Positions 16,993 through 27,594 of a DNA stretch of 50,004 nt are shown piece by piece. The translations under genes were made by a program, and so were the position numbers. Location: IMG/VR virus record IMGVR_UViG_3300033159_000002, positions 1 to 50,004 of that record; one strand, 5' to 3'. Positions within the stretch are counted from its first letter, which is position 1, and each line of letters starts with the position of its first letter. The notes below the pieces were generated by a model. The model saw only the letters and a program-made list of their open reading frames with translations. It was not told where the DNA came from and did no database searches.

Positions 16993-18993
16993 ATGGCGGG
17001 TAACCTCCAAGAGAATTTCCAAAATCAAGAGTTTCCAAGTCTAAAACAAAAAGTCCAAGGATTCATAGAAAGTTTAGGAAATATAGAGTGTAGCGAAGGT
17101 AGCTATAATGACGAAGAGTATGGTCTTAACGGTTACTACTACTACTGTGAATCTCAGAGTAAATGGTTTACTCTTATTATAAATGACAGTGGCGTATACA
17201 TCAGGACACCATTCCATTTTTCAAAATCTGAACAAGTAATATCAAAGCTCTCGAAAGTATTTAATATAAACCTCAATAAACTAAGATTTTCACAACTAGG
17301 TTTCTTCCGTTTATTTAAGCTAGAACCTTTACCTGACGAAATAATTAACCTTAACTTAACTACTGATGATGATGAAATAGACCTTTCTACTACTACAAAC
17401 AACAGAATTTTAATAGATGTCATGGATAAGATTTCCCTCTTATACGACAAAGGAACAAAGAAATTCATCATTTTAAGTATAAAGAACTGGGAAACATACG
17501 AAAAAATTAGAGATTTTATAGACCATGACGTTAGAGAAATACTTGATAAATTATTATCATCAAAACCAGAATTTATCGTAAGAACGGCTTATGGTGAAGA
17601 ACTAGGATTAGAAGGGAAAAGGAAGGAAATCACGTTGAAGTTATTAAGTAAGTTAATGCCAATTGTTAATAAAATCAATAAAATAGAGATAAGAATTAAT
17701 GAAAATGAGAATGAAGTGATCCTAAACGATATAGTACTAGGACTAAAGGACGAAAACTGGGGAGATATACCTATTGATGTAATCGAAAAATTACTGACGC
17801 TTAAAAACACCGCAGTTATTGAACTTCATAAGGACTTTTGGTTCATTAAAGTACATTATAACCATTTGCTAGAAGTTGCTAATATACTAGGGATTGATCC
17901 GATGCAGACGATACACGATATAAATCCTAGGAAGGAAAGTCTATTGGTTTATGAGCCTAGAGATTATTATATATTTTCCGATGGTTGTGGTGGAGATTAC
18001 TACCATATAGTCCCGTCCAAAAACCTCCAAAAATATTTGCAATTATTAGGAGTTAATATCACACAAACTAGAGCTGATGGTTTTGAAATTAATGATGATT
18101 ATAAGTACGTTATAATACAAGGACAGAGTGATGAAATTCATGTTGGAGTTTACAAAGAGAATAAGCTCCTAACATCCTTGAAAACATATCTGTGGTATTT
18201 TGGCGTGAAGGACTTTAGTGAACTCAAAAATCTCAATAAAGAGAAAGTTATAGATATAATTAATAGACAGATCAATGAAAGGTACTTCTATCCTATGCCG
18301 TTTGACCAGGTCAAACAATACGTTGAGAAGTTTCTTGATACTACCATCAAAGTTATCGATGAGACGATTGGTTATGTAAGGGACAAAGTCCTAGATTTTA
18401 CATCACCGATTAAGGACATTGCTGAGATTAACTGTATATTCGATAAGGACTGTGAAGTCGCATTAGAACTAGATGAACAGGATAGGTTATCATCCTACTA
18501 TTCCTTAATCAGCACAAATGAGGGTCATATGCCTGTACCGATTTTCTTAGAGTATGCTGGGTTATGTGGACGTTATTCAGATGATGAAGACGATATAAGT
18601 ATGGTAAAGAATATGTTATACTTCATTAGGGGTTACGATAAAGTAATTTCGGAGTACGAGAGAGATTATAGTTCAATTGGCGACGATGTGAGGGGAGCGG
18701 TGTCAGAATTATTCCAGAAAGCTGTAGTGTTGTACAACAAGTTACTGCAGAATAAAAATAACTTACCTCACCCAGAAGATGATGAGGATTATGAAGAATA
18801 TGAATGCCCACAACATACTTTGCCAGATGGGATGGGATACTGCCGCAAGTTTGACTATGAACCACTAATGAAAAAGAGTGAGGAAGAACTGGCAAATGAA
18901 ATTATACAATCACTTACCGAAATAAGGGACAAAATGACTAGAATAAGGGAGAAATTGTTAAAGTCTGACTCTGTGCCTGTTATTGAGACATAA
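16993..18993 (+). CDS. Large acidic hypothetical protein (666 aa), early regulon
   Basis: Long ORF with conserved promoter and GGGGT RBS. Confidence 0.85.
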   Translation: MAGNLQENFQNQEFPSLKQKVQGFIESLGNIECSEGSYNDEEYGLNGYYYYCESQSKWFTLIINDSGVYIRTPFHFSKSEQVISKLSKVFNINLNKLRFSQLGFFRLFKLEPLPDEIINLNLTTDDDEIDLSTTTNNRILIDVMDKISLLYDKGTKKFIILSIKNWETYEKIRDFIDHDVREILDKLLSSKPEFIVRTAYGEELGLEGKRKEITLKLLSKLMPIVNKINKIEIRINENENEVILNDIVLGLKDENWGDIPIDVIEKLLTLKNTAVIELHKDFWFIKVHYNHLLEVANILGIDPMQTIHDINPRKESLLVYEPRDYYIFSDGCGGDYYHIVPSKNLQKYLQLLGVNITQTRADGFEINDDYKYVIIQGQSDEIHVGVYKENKLLTSLKTYLWYFGVKDFSELKNLNKEKVIDIINRQINERYFYPMPFDQVKQYVEKFLDTTIKVIDETIGYVRDKVLDFTSPIKDIAEINCIFDKDCEVALELDEQDRLSSYYSLISTNEGHMPVPIFLEYAGLCGRYSDDEDDISMVKNMLYFIRGYDKVISEYERDYSSIGDDVRGAVSELFQKAVVLYNKLLQNKNNLPHPEDDEDYEEYECPQHTLPDGMGYCRKFDYEPLMKKSEEELANEIIQSLTEIRDKMTRIREKLLKSDSVPVIET

Positions 18994-19020
18994 GGTGGTG
19001 ATAAAAAAGGGGGAAGAAGG

Positions 19021-19575
19021 ATGAGTTACAAATTACAGATCCAATTAAAAGATGAAAAATATCCATATTTCGAGGATAAAGTATTAGACATTACCAATAT
19101 CGGTTTTAGAGCTAAAGGCAGGATAATTTATATTAGCGGAAGGTTTGTACAGAATGGAGGAAACGGTGAAAAATTCGTGGTGTTTGAGAGAATCAGTCCT
19201 ATTGCGCTAAAACTAGTAAACGCAAAGATAACACAAACTGAAAAAGGAACATTGATAATAAAATATGAACCTAATGCTGTATTATATATCATCGAAATTC
19301 CAAGCGGTTACAGAGGAGACGTTGAAACTCAAGTGAGCGGCGAATGCACCAAGACTGTGGTATTACGGTCACCTGCTGGGAGTCTAGGTTATGTTGACCA
19401 TATCTGGTGTAATGGAAACGCTGAAATCCAGTATAAAATTTCAGGCAGGACAAGAACTGCTGGATATGGTCGTCTCATTGACTATTTCGGTGAAACTCTT
19501 AGCGGAAAAATAATAGTCAAAGACGGTAAGGTCGAAATAATTTATGATGAGCAATTAGACCAATTGTTAAGCTAA
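19021..19575 (+). CDS. Beta-rich hypothetical viral protein
   Basis: SGYRG and RSPAGSLG motifs; RBS present. Confidence 0.8.
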   Translation: MSYKLQIQLKDEKYPYFEDKVLDITNIGFRAKGRIIYISGRFVQNGGNGEKFVVFERISPIALKLVNAKITQTEKGTLIIKYEPNAVLYIIEIPSGYRGDVETQVSGECTKTVVLRSPAGSLGYVDHIWCNGNAEIQYKISGRTRTAGYGRLIDYFGETLSGKIIVKDGKVEIIYDEQLDQLLS

Positions 19576-19610
19576 TAGTTATTTTTTCTTCTCTAGTTTT
19601 TCGATAAGCT

Positions 19611-20150
19611 TTATAGGGAGAACGAGGAGGATTCAAGGAAGCAATTAATCTTTGAGAAATATAACCTCTCGTTTTTGAAAATGTTAGCTAGCACCCTGTA
19701 CAGATCGGCGAGGGAAAACCTATAATGTGGGTATATTAACTCAGCGTTATAATATACTGCGCATTCACCGAACTCATCCTTAAAAAACGAAGGTAAGACG
19801 GGTACATTCCCAAACGTTATTGCAGCATATATGTACCCTACGTTTATCCCTTCCTCCAAATAAATGTACCAGTTGCCTAAAAAAAGCGCATTAGGGTTCA
19901 TCACTACATACGGTTTTTTGACAGGTGCCATCACATTATTTGCCCACTTCTTCAACGCTTCTGTCTTCGCGTCTTCTGACACGATATAAGCGTTAATAAA
20001 CGATTTCGGTAATATGTCGACGACTGGCGGGACGTACTCTTTTCCCTCCCTTTCCGCAATTATTTTTGAGATTGTAACCTTCTGCGGCTGACCGTTCTTA
20101 TAAGCAAATTCTCCCTTAAGTACTTTCTCAACAACGTCCTTAAACATCAT
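19611..20150 (-). CDS. Hypothetical protein
   Basis: Last gene of the leftward operon. Confidence 0.7.
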   Translation of the reverse strand: MMFKDVVEKVLKGEFAYKNGQPQKVTISKIIAEREGKEYVPPVVDILPKSFINAYIVSEDAKTEALKKWANNVMAPVKKPYVVMNPNALFLGNWYIYLEEGINVGYIYAAITFGNVPVLPSFFKDEFGECAVYYNAELIYPHYRFSLADLYRVLANIFKNERLYFSKINCFLESSSFSL

Positions 20151-20928
20151 CGAACCTCTCTACCTCTTCATCATTTTGATTAAACCTCTGTATTCTTTCC
20201 TCAACAATTCTCCTCCTCTTTTCCATCATTTCATTCCAGATCTCGTCTGGCATCCTCAGGTTCTTTATATAGTAAAACATCACTGGAGTATCGATCTCCT
20301 TTAGCGTCCCAGAACGGGTTGAAGCAACTTCCCTCCTGGTGAAAATTACCTTCCCCTCCTTTTTTACTTGGACTCTCCATGTTGCGATGTCCCGGAAGAA
20401 CTTTGCCACTCCTATGAGCCTAGGGACCGTGAAAATTATGAGCGATATGAAGTCCTTAACATATACGAACGCATCAAAGAGCTCAAGCATCTTCCTCTTC
20501 TCTGCAGCACTCCTCATGTTCCAGGTCGATGATAGCCCTACTGCAGAGGGGTCGTCGAAAAGCACAACGTCATAACGTTGTCTGTTCTTTATATTCTCCA
20601 GTAGTTGCTTTAGGTCGTCAATGTCAAATACCACTCTCTTCCTAACTTCTTTTACGTCTTCAAACACGTAAAGCATCGACTGGATAACATAGCTGGTCTT
20701 ACCGCTCCCTGGCTCACCGTAAACAATAATCTCGTCATGTGTGTAGTAGTCTTTCTGTTTGACAGCATTGCTTATGAACCACACTAGGGGATTATAATGG
20801 AAATCGTTGGCTAACTGTGCTAGGGCACTCCACCCTTCTCCCCTGGTCTGTGGGACCATAATTTTCTGATAAATCGGGAGTAGCACCTTATAGTAACTCT
20901 GATAGTCTTCTAATCTCATCATAACCAC
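20140..20928 (-). CDS. P-loop NTPase (possible packaging or fusellovirus B251-like ATPase)
   Basis: Walker A GEPGSGKT, Walker B VVLFDD. Confidence 0.85.
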   Translation of the reverse strand: MVMMRLEDYQSYYKVLLPIYQKIMVPQTRGEGWSALAQLANDFHYNPLVWFISNAVKQKDYYTHDEIIVYGEPGSGKTSYVIQSMLYVFEDVKEVRKRVVFDIDDLKQLLENIKNRQRYDVVLFDDPSAVGLSSTWNMRSAAEKRKMLELFDAFVYVKDFISLIIFTVPRLIGVAKFFRDIATWRVQVKKEGKVIFTRREVASTRSGTLKEIDTPVMFYYIKNLRMPDEIWNEMMEKRRRIVEERIQRFNQNDEEVERFDDV

Positions 20929-21085
20929 CTAAACATTCGACGAGTTTGCTCTTTCTCCTTTCGCCAGTTTCTAGGAATAATATAATGTGGTTGATCTCCT
21001 CGTCGTTAATATAATCTATGCATTCCTCCTTCATTTCGTCAACCAGCAGGCGCTCCAGTATCCTTCTTGTTTTTTCTTCCTCCAT
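20888..21085 (-). CDS. Small hypothetical protein
   Basis: Overlapping operon member with RBS. Confidence 0.55.
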   Translation of the reverse strand: MEEEKTRRILERLLVDEMKEECIDYINDEEINHIILFLETGERRKSKLVECLGGYDEIRRLSELL

Positions 21086-21353
21086 TTTTCGACCCCCTTT
21101 CCTTATTAGTTTCCGCCCTTTTAGGGCGGGGAGCCACCAGTTTTGTCACTCTTAATATCCTTATTAATACTAGGAGGAAAACTATGCTGCTTATTGCGAG
21201 GGATGTAAAATTGTTATACAAGTAGGAGAGAACGACCATTGCCATACTCAGCACTGCAAATAATAATTCGAAGTTAACAGTAGTTAGGTATCGGTTCTCT
21301 GCAATAACGTAAACTATTAGGAGCGCTGCAGAAATAAATTCGAGTATCACCAT
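21039..21353 (-). CDS. Small 3-TM membrane protein
   Basis: Three hydrophobic segments and a basic tail. Confidence 0.7.
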   Translation of the reverse strand: MVILEFISAALLIVYVIAENRYLTTVNFELLFAVLSMAMVVLSYLYNNFTSLAISSIVFLLVLIRILRVTKLVAPRPKRAETNKERGSKNGGRKNKKDTGAPAG

Positions 21354-21718
21354 ACGTTGACACCAAGATTTGGATAGATAACGCTCTCGCTCACTGCGAT
21401 TTCGCTAAGTACCTCAATTAGTAATGTTAAGGTCCTTTCCATGTAATCGTCAATACTTTCTCCTTCTTTTCTTTTAAGCTCCCTCAGTATTTCGTTTATA
21501 CCCTTTCCTAGTTTTTTCGTGATGTAATCTGTTCTATCCATATGCATCAGCAAGGATTCGGTTGCGCTTACAACTGCAAGGAATGCAGCTTTGCGCTGCG
21601 GAAAGGCTATGCTGTAGTTATTAACCTCATGGATTATCTTGTTGAGAAGATGGGTGGCGAACTCCCTGTAGGTCCTTAACGGTGTTAACTCTATCCCTGC
21701 ATCTATTCCGCTTGACAT
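21347..21718 (-). CDS. Hypothetical protein
   Basis: Operon member. Confidence 0.65.
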   Translation of the reverse strand: MSSGIDAGIELTPLRTYREFATHLLNKIIHEVNNYSIAFPQRKAAFLAVVSATESLLMHMDRTDYITKKLGKGINEILRELKRKEGESIDDYMERTLTLLIEVLSEIAVSESVIYPNLGVNVW

Positions 21719-22086
21719 TCCTCAACCCCGTCTACTGCGAGTAGGTAAATGTTACTGTTCTTCCCTTTCATCATCTTTATGCACTTCAGCCTGCTTAGTA
21801 TAAGCTTTACACGTTGCTTGACTTCCTGCGAGAGTGCCTCGTTCAGTTTCGTGTATAGTACTACGTCATCTTCGTCATAATAAACGTCAAAAGGGTATGA
21901 AAGGATAATGGGGGGTGACACAACACGTTTAGCCTTAACGTTCTTTAGTAGTGCTATAGCTTTTACAGAATGTATGTTACCGTACAGAATTGCAGCGTTT
22001 TCATGTGTCTCGTACTGCGTAAGATAGTTAAAGAGTTTAGTGGGAGTGTATTGCGCTTTAAGTAATGCCCTGTACTTTTTTATCAC
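21703..22086 (-). CDS. Hypothetical protein
   Basis: Operon member. Confidence 0.65.
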   Translation of the reverse strand: MIKKYRALLKAQYTPTKLFNYLTQYETHENAAILYGNIHSVKAIALLKNVKAKRVVSPPIILSYPFDVYYDEDDVVLYTKLNEALSQEVKQRVKLILSRLKCIKMMKGKNSNIYLLAVDGVEECQAE

Positions 22087-22418
22087 TTAATCTCAGCCTC
22101 CAACCACTTCTCTATAGCTTCATTACTTTTTGCAGGGACAACCGCACCGTAGTTATCGTTCTCGTTAAGCTTTTGTATAAAATAGTATTTTATCTCAGGC
22201 ACTTTGGACCAGAGCATCCTAAATCTCTCAGCAGTGCCCGACAGTATTTCTATTACTTCGTATTTATTATAACTTAGTATTTGCATGTTTATCTCTCCTA
22301 TGCTACACAAGACTGTGCGCCAGATCGGCAGCGATGTGTCTGCATATAGTATTATCGCTGACGCTTTTTTGATCTTATCTAGGAATTCTTGTTTCGAATT
22401 TACAATTAACCTGTCCAT
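22083..22418 (-). CDS. Hypothetical protein (leaderless start at 22418)
   Basis: CTAACATTTTTCTTATT promoter identical to the one upstream of 44854. Confidence 0.65.
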   Translation of the reverse strand: MDRLIVNSKQEFLDKIKKASAIILYADTSLPIWRTVLCSIGEINMQILSYNKYEVIEILSGTAERFRMLWSKVPEIKYYFIQKLNENDNYGAVVPAKSNEAIEKWLEAEIK

Positions 22419-22465
22419 ATGAAGCAAAGAAGGTATAATAAGAAAAATGTTAGCATGAACATGAT

Positions 22466-22960
22466 TTAGTAGTTTTTCCGAATCTTCGGATACCCAAAAT
22501 ATTCATGATACTTTTTATAGACGTAATTTAGGATTTCTTCTCTACTCTTCCTAACCCATTCTCTGAAAAACACCTCAACTTCCTTTTCCTGTTCCTCAGG
22601 CTTAAACTCATCTTTTAAAACATAATTCCTTATGTACCCTATTGTTGCCCCGCTCAGCGGATCTCTTACTTCTTTCTCCTCTTGAATGTCAACCTCTCCT
22701 GTTTCGATTAGTCTATCGATGTAATCTTGCAGTTTTGATGAATAAGGACCGAAGAACCAGGGCTTAAAATTCAGTCCTAGATTAATTCCCTTCTCTTTCT
22801 CTAACAAAAAGAAAATCTTCTGCAGTTTGGTCGGAGTGACCTTTGCATTCTCCTCTTTTGCGATATAAAGCAGTAATTTGATTAAACGATAAATTCTGTC
22901 ATCGATTAACATGACCAACCCTAATATTAAAGTATATAGAGTGCATAAAAAGAGCACCAT
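22466..22960 (-). CDS. SocA/Panacea (DUF4065/YwgA)-like antitoxin-domain protein
   Basis: TPTKLQKIFFLL...FKPWFFGPYS signature. Confidence 0.7.
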   Translation of the reverse strand: MVLFLCTLYTLILGLVMLIDDRIYRLIKLLLYIAKEENAKVTPTKLQKIFFLLEKEKGINLGLNFKPWFFGPYSSKLQDYIDRLIETGEVDIQEEKEVRDPLSGATIGYIRNYVLKDEFKPEEQEKEVEVFFREWVRKSREEILNYVYKKYHEYFGYPKIRKNY

Positions 22961-23264
22961 CCTTATAGCCCAAACCCCCTCCTTCTACCTCTCCTTTTCA
23001 TCATTTTTTCTTTCTACGTATCTCTGAGGTCGCGTAAAGATATGGAAAAAGAGTTCCTAATACTAACAAAAATATAAGAATAAGCAGGATTATTGCTGAG
23101 ATCTGTTGCATGTTATAACTTAGCCTACCCTGTGTTTATAAACTTTCTGAGAAGAGCTAGGAATGTCAAATAATATCACATGACATAAAATTCACGACTT
23201 ATCGGAAACTTTTGACGACGGAAAGTTAGTAAGCTATTAAGCAGTTCTAATTAATGTCTATATC

Positions 23265-23368
23265 TTTTCTTACTTCGCACTTTTGCTATATAATAGCACC
23301 TCGAACTTTTCCCTATTTTTCTCGCCCCTTTTTTGGTTTTATTAGCACGAAATTAAAACCACGTTAAG
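23265..23368 (+). repeat. Dispersed non-coding repeat, copy 2 (5'-truncated)
   Basis: TCGCACTTTTGCTATATAATAGCACCTCGAAC...GAAATTAAAACCACGTTAAG. Confidence 0.85.
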
Positions 23369-24200
23369 AACCGATGTACTCTTACAACTAAACATTGCTA
23401 GAAGACGGATATTAGCACGTTAGGAACTCCTAAATGTCACATACAGCAAAATAATTACTTTGAATTTTTCTCAGTAAACTAGGGAGTTTATACAATTTTT
23501 AAAAATAGGAATAATAGTTATAAGATAGAGTAATAATAAGTGTCTAGTATCCTTCTCGACTTGATTCTATTTTATAGGATTATATTTTTCCTTAGATCGT
23601 TCAAACAAAAATCAATTATTAAATTAATTAAGAATTCAAAAGAGAATGAAGGAAGTACCGCCGTTTATTTTTGTTATTTTACGTCGAATTCATAAGGATA
23701 TATTGATAAGGGTTGCAGCTGTGAAATAAAATCAATAAACTCCCCAGTTTACCGCAAAAAATTGCAAAAATAAAATCATGTATCTATCAATTTCAAACTC
23801 AGATTTTCTAATAGGTCCATGAATTAAAATTTGAAAAACAAGCCATGATTCTTTTATAAATTGTAAACCTAAGTTAGGTCTATATAGCCGTATACAGACG
23901 TAAATTAGGTTCTGACTTTTTTGAAAGACGTTGCTGTTATAAATTCAAAAAATAATACGTAGCCCTCTCAAAAATTCTAAGGAGCTATTAGGGAGCTTCT
24001 AAGAAAATTTAGTGTTATATGCGCTACTAAGGTGCTGTATGCAGCAACAGCAGCAAAAGAGCTCCACGGATTAATCTTTGAGAGGGATTATTTGACAGAA
24101 CATTGAGAAGGAAACCACTTGAAATGAAAGTATAGTGGCAAACGGGAATTAGGAGATAAGAAATAGCACAAACGGAAAAAATTAGGAAAGGAATAAAAAA

Positions 24201-24470
24201 TTAGGACTTACTTGGAACCAAGAACCAAATCGTAGTTCCAGTATCAATTTTTTTGACAGCAAGTCTTGCTATCTCATCAGTACCAGCGCAAATATACTCG
24301 TCCATCGGGATTGGATAGCACCCGTTCCCCACTGGTATCCATTCAAAATGATTACAACTGTCAGCTCTAACTTCTGCACCGTTCCTATATTCTATATATA
24401 ATATTTGTCCGTCTGCTGAACACTTGAAAATTACTTGATCCTGTTGTAGTTCCCTTATGACTTGTGCCAT
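24201..24470 (-). CDS. Cys/His protein, early regulon; remote paralog of 10881..11225
   Basis: Start revised using the promoter and RBS; SCNHFEW..C..C..LVP. Confidence 0.7.
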   Translation of the reverse strand: MAQVIRELQQDQVIFKCSADGQILYIEYRNGAEVRADSCNHFEWIPVGNGCYPIPMDEYICAGTDEIARLAVKKIDTGTTIWFLVPSKS

Positions 24471-24654
24471 CTTTTTCATCCCCATAATAATGTTTGTTGA
24501 ACTAGGATTTAAACTTTTTGGTAAATAAGTTAGGAAACAACTTCCCTTCATTTTTAGCTGCGGTTCATGATATCCTCCCTTATTATTTCCTAACCAGTTG
24601 ACCAAAAAGTTTAAATACCACTTCAATAAATGGTATACGTGGGGGTAAAAAGAT

Positions 24655-24978
24655 ATGGTAAAAAGAGAGGAAAACCCACCTCATGAAGATTTTGAGACAC
24701 TGAAGAGCGCCTTAAGGGAGGTATTAAAGGAGTACTTTGAACTCTATTTCGGTCCTCCTAAGACAACAGAGGATTTGGACAGGGTTTACGACTTTGTTAA
24801 GGACGATCTCGGCATGGCGTCAATCAAGGACATTAGGGAACAGATGGGTATGACCCTGGAACAATTCATGGCTAAGTTCCGTGATTACATAATTAGAAAT
24901 TACGAATTAATCTCGGGAGGAAAGGAAGGGATTGTAAAGGGCGGAGTGCTTTACGGCATAATTAGGAGGAGGAAATGA
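24655..24978 (+). CDS. Hypothetical protein, early regulon (possible HTH)
   Basis: Conserved promoter; ASIKDIREQMGMTLEQF. Confidence 0.75.
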   Translation: MVKREENPPHEDFETLKSALREVLKEYFELYFGPPKTTEDLDRVYDFVKDDLGMASIKDIREQMGMTLEQFMAKFRDYIIRNYELISGGKEGIVKGGVLYGIIRRRK

Positions 24979-25204
24979 TATCTGATTAAAATTTTTTGCA
25001 AAATTCTCACTTTTTTCCCTAACATCAGCGCCGTTTTAATCTAATTTTGTTATTATACAACACACTTTCGTTTCCATGCTAGTTTTCTTATTCAGTATAT
25101 TATTAGTTGTAGTTACTCTAATACTCTCCCTTATTTGTTTCCTAACCTGTTTTGCAAAAACTTTAAATACTTGTTAAACAGAGAGTATAAATAAAGGTGA
25201 AAAA

Positions 25205-25480
25205 ATGGTTAAACTCCAAAACTCTATATGTGATAAAATCCTTGAAGTTATTCCTAAAGAGTTAGATAACATATATACAATTGAAGAAAAACTTGAGTCA
25301 ATTGGAATAAGCGTAAAATTTATAAATCGTGAGCACATATTCCCATATGCCTATTACCACTATTTACTTTACAATAAATATGTTCTACATCTTTTTTTCA
25401 AACAGGGGATACTAAATTACATAGCTATCTATGAAGAAAGACCAGAGAAAAAATTTTATGTTTGTGAAAAATCTTTATAA
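25205..25480 (+). CDS. Hypothetical protein, early regulon
   Basis: Conserved promoter and AAGGTGA RBS. Confidence 0.75.
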   Translation: MVKLQNSICDKILEVIPKELDNIYTIEEKLESIGISVKFINREHIFPYAYYHYLLYNKYVLHLFFKQGILNYIAIYEERPEKKFYVCEKSL

Positions 25481-25875
25481 TAAAAATTACGTTTTTTTAA
25501 GCTTAAACTAAATCATTATACTGTTTAAGTTAATCTCCCTTTCTCTTTAAATCCTAATCTAAGGCTGTTTATTCTTCCGTTCTTATCATATGCTATAGAG
25601 TTTTCAATTGTTAAGTAAGCAGTGGGAAGCGCTACTCATGGGATCCCAGCTTTCTATGCTCATTAGAAAAATTCAATAAACTCCCCAGTTTACCGCAAAA
25701 AATTCAAGTCAATTCTGCGCTTGAGGAACCTTTGCGCTACATGTGCAAAAAATGGGCCAGCGGTGAAGGCGAATTATATTAATATAATAACGAATAATTG
25801 TTCGTATTTATTTCCTAACTAGTTGGTAGAAAAGTTTAAATATTGGTTTACCAAAGAATATTATGGGGATAAAAA

Positions 25876-26316
25876 ATGGCGGGGGAAAACAATCAAATAC
25901 AACAAGATCAATACACTTTTTTAATATACAGCTATCATACGTGGGGTTCATTCGGACAGCACGAGAAAGTTATGAAGTTTCTCATTGATATCGACAATAA
26001 ATCACAAAAACCCCTTTGGGAAGTAGTTGTTAACGTTAAATGGTCAAATAACGACAACAGAAAAAACAAACACAGAGAAGCATATGTAAAAGAAGAAGAC
26101 ATTATGAATCTTAAAGGAAAAATCTTAAAAGAAGTAAGAGATTACCAGAGTTCCTCAAAGAAGGAAATAAGTGTAAAATATTATATTATTTCTGATAATG
26201 GTATGCAGGAAATTAAAGCAGAAACAGGAGTAAAAATAAACGGCAAATATTATGATATTATAGAATTCAACGGCAAAAAAATTATGGTTAATAAAGATGA
26301 GATAATAGTACAATAA
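25876..26316 (+). CDS. Hypothetical protein, early regulon
   Basis: Conserved promoter and RBS. Confidence 0.8.
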   Translation: MAGENNQIQQDQYTFLIYSYHTWGSFGQHEKVMKFLIDIDNKSQKPLWEVVVNVKWSNNDNRKNKHREAYVKEEDIMNLKGKILKEVRDYQSSSKKEISVKYYIISDNGMQEIKAETGVKINGKYYDIIEFNGKKIMVNKDEIIVQ

Positions 26317-26551
26317 CGTTGTTAGCGCTGCAATATTTTTATTTCTTTAGGAGGAGAACTACTACCTTTTCATCCACTTTTCCTGCCTAAGTTAAGAGGA
26401 TCAATAGAATCTCTTTCTAAATGAGTCGCTCACTCTCTAAATATTTAGCCAATTAATATCACCTGTCTAAAGTCGATTAAACTGTAGCTGTAAAAAGTAT
26501 TAAGTAACTGATAAGAAGAGATAAATGGAAAAATAATGGACTTTTAAAAAA

Positions 26552-26995
26552 TTATTGAGATATAAGATCTTGATCTTCGACATAATGAAACAGCGGCAAT
26601 TCGTTTTTGTTGTTTAATAACAACGATTGAATATTTTTTGGCAACCTAGTCAGTAACATTTTTTGTTCTTTTCCTTCATATAATTTCCATTCTTGTAGTA
26701 CCTTCATCTCGCCATTAACTTCAACAACTCTTACTGTTATATAGGTATTGCCAAGATTACTTCTAGTCACACTGTAAACTAGGTATCTTCCAGGCAACAA
26801 TGCATATGATCGTACTCCGTGACTACCAGTTCTACTTGTATGCAGCTTAGACTTTATTATTTTTCCTGTCCTGAACGAAATTATAATAGTGTCGTCTCTA
26901 GCTCCCATACCAGTCCTCTTGTAACTAAAACTGAATATTTTGGGTCGAGTTTGTGTTGAGGTTTTGTTTTCTTCCACCAACTTTTCCACCTTCAT
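26552..26995 (-). CDS. Basic beta-rich hypothetical protein, early regulon
   Basis: Conserved promoter; SRTGSHG..YALLPGRY motif. Confidence 0.8.
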   Translation of the reverse strand: MKVEKLVEENKTSTQTRPKIFSFSYKRTGMGARDDTIIISFRTGKIIKSKLHTSRTGSHGVRSYALLPGRYLVYSVTRSNLGNTYITVRVVEVNGEMKVLQEWKLYEGKEQKMLLTRLPKNIQSLLLNNKNELPLFHYVEDQDLISQ

Positions 26996-27333
26996 ATATA
27001 ATGTTTGTTGAACTAGTATTTAAACTTTTTGCAAAATAAGTTAGGCAATAATTAAGTGATTGATTCTTAATCTAGTTAAAGCTTTGATAGGTCCATCTGT
27101 TTTAATCTGAGGACCATTAAAAAAACTGCAAGCGTCAAGGTGGCGGGAAGAAGGATAAGGTCCTACAGCTGCTGGAGTTGTTTCTCTTCCGGCCTGAAGC
27201 GAAACCCAGTGGGGTTTTAAAGTTTCTCTTTAGAAGTATAAGACGGGAAAAAGCGAAATGGGAAATAAGAGGGATTTAAGTCAATTTCCTAAGAGCCAAA
27301 TTCAATTTTTTACAACCTATTGTTATAATACAA

Positions 27334-27585
27334 ATGAGGTGGCAAAAAATGAGTAAAAATACATATTATATATATAAAATTACACTTGATGAGTATACAA
27401 CATACAATATTTGTGTTCCTAAAGATCAGATAGAAGAATTTGAACAATGGAAAGAGACAAAAGACGTGATTATCTCTGATTGGGTTGGTGAGACTGACGA
27501 CGATGCTGTATGTTGTACTGTATTCGATCACGGTTACGAGTTTCCTGACGGATGTGACAACCCATTATATCTAGAAGAGGAATGA
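27334..27585 (+). CDS. Acidic Cys-containing small protein
   Basis: First gene of the rightward operon. Confidence 0.65.
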   Translation: MRWQKMSKNTYYIYKITLDEYTTYNICVPKDQIEEFEQWKETKDVIISDWVGETDDDAVCCTVFDHGYEFPDGCDNPLYLEEE

Positions 27586-27594
27586 GGTGATAAC

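Noticed and set aside
24471-24626. N-terminal extension of ORF 24201..24626
   Set aside because: Spans two divergent conserved promoters; the real start is likely ATG 24470
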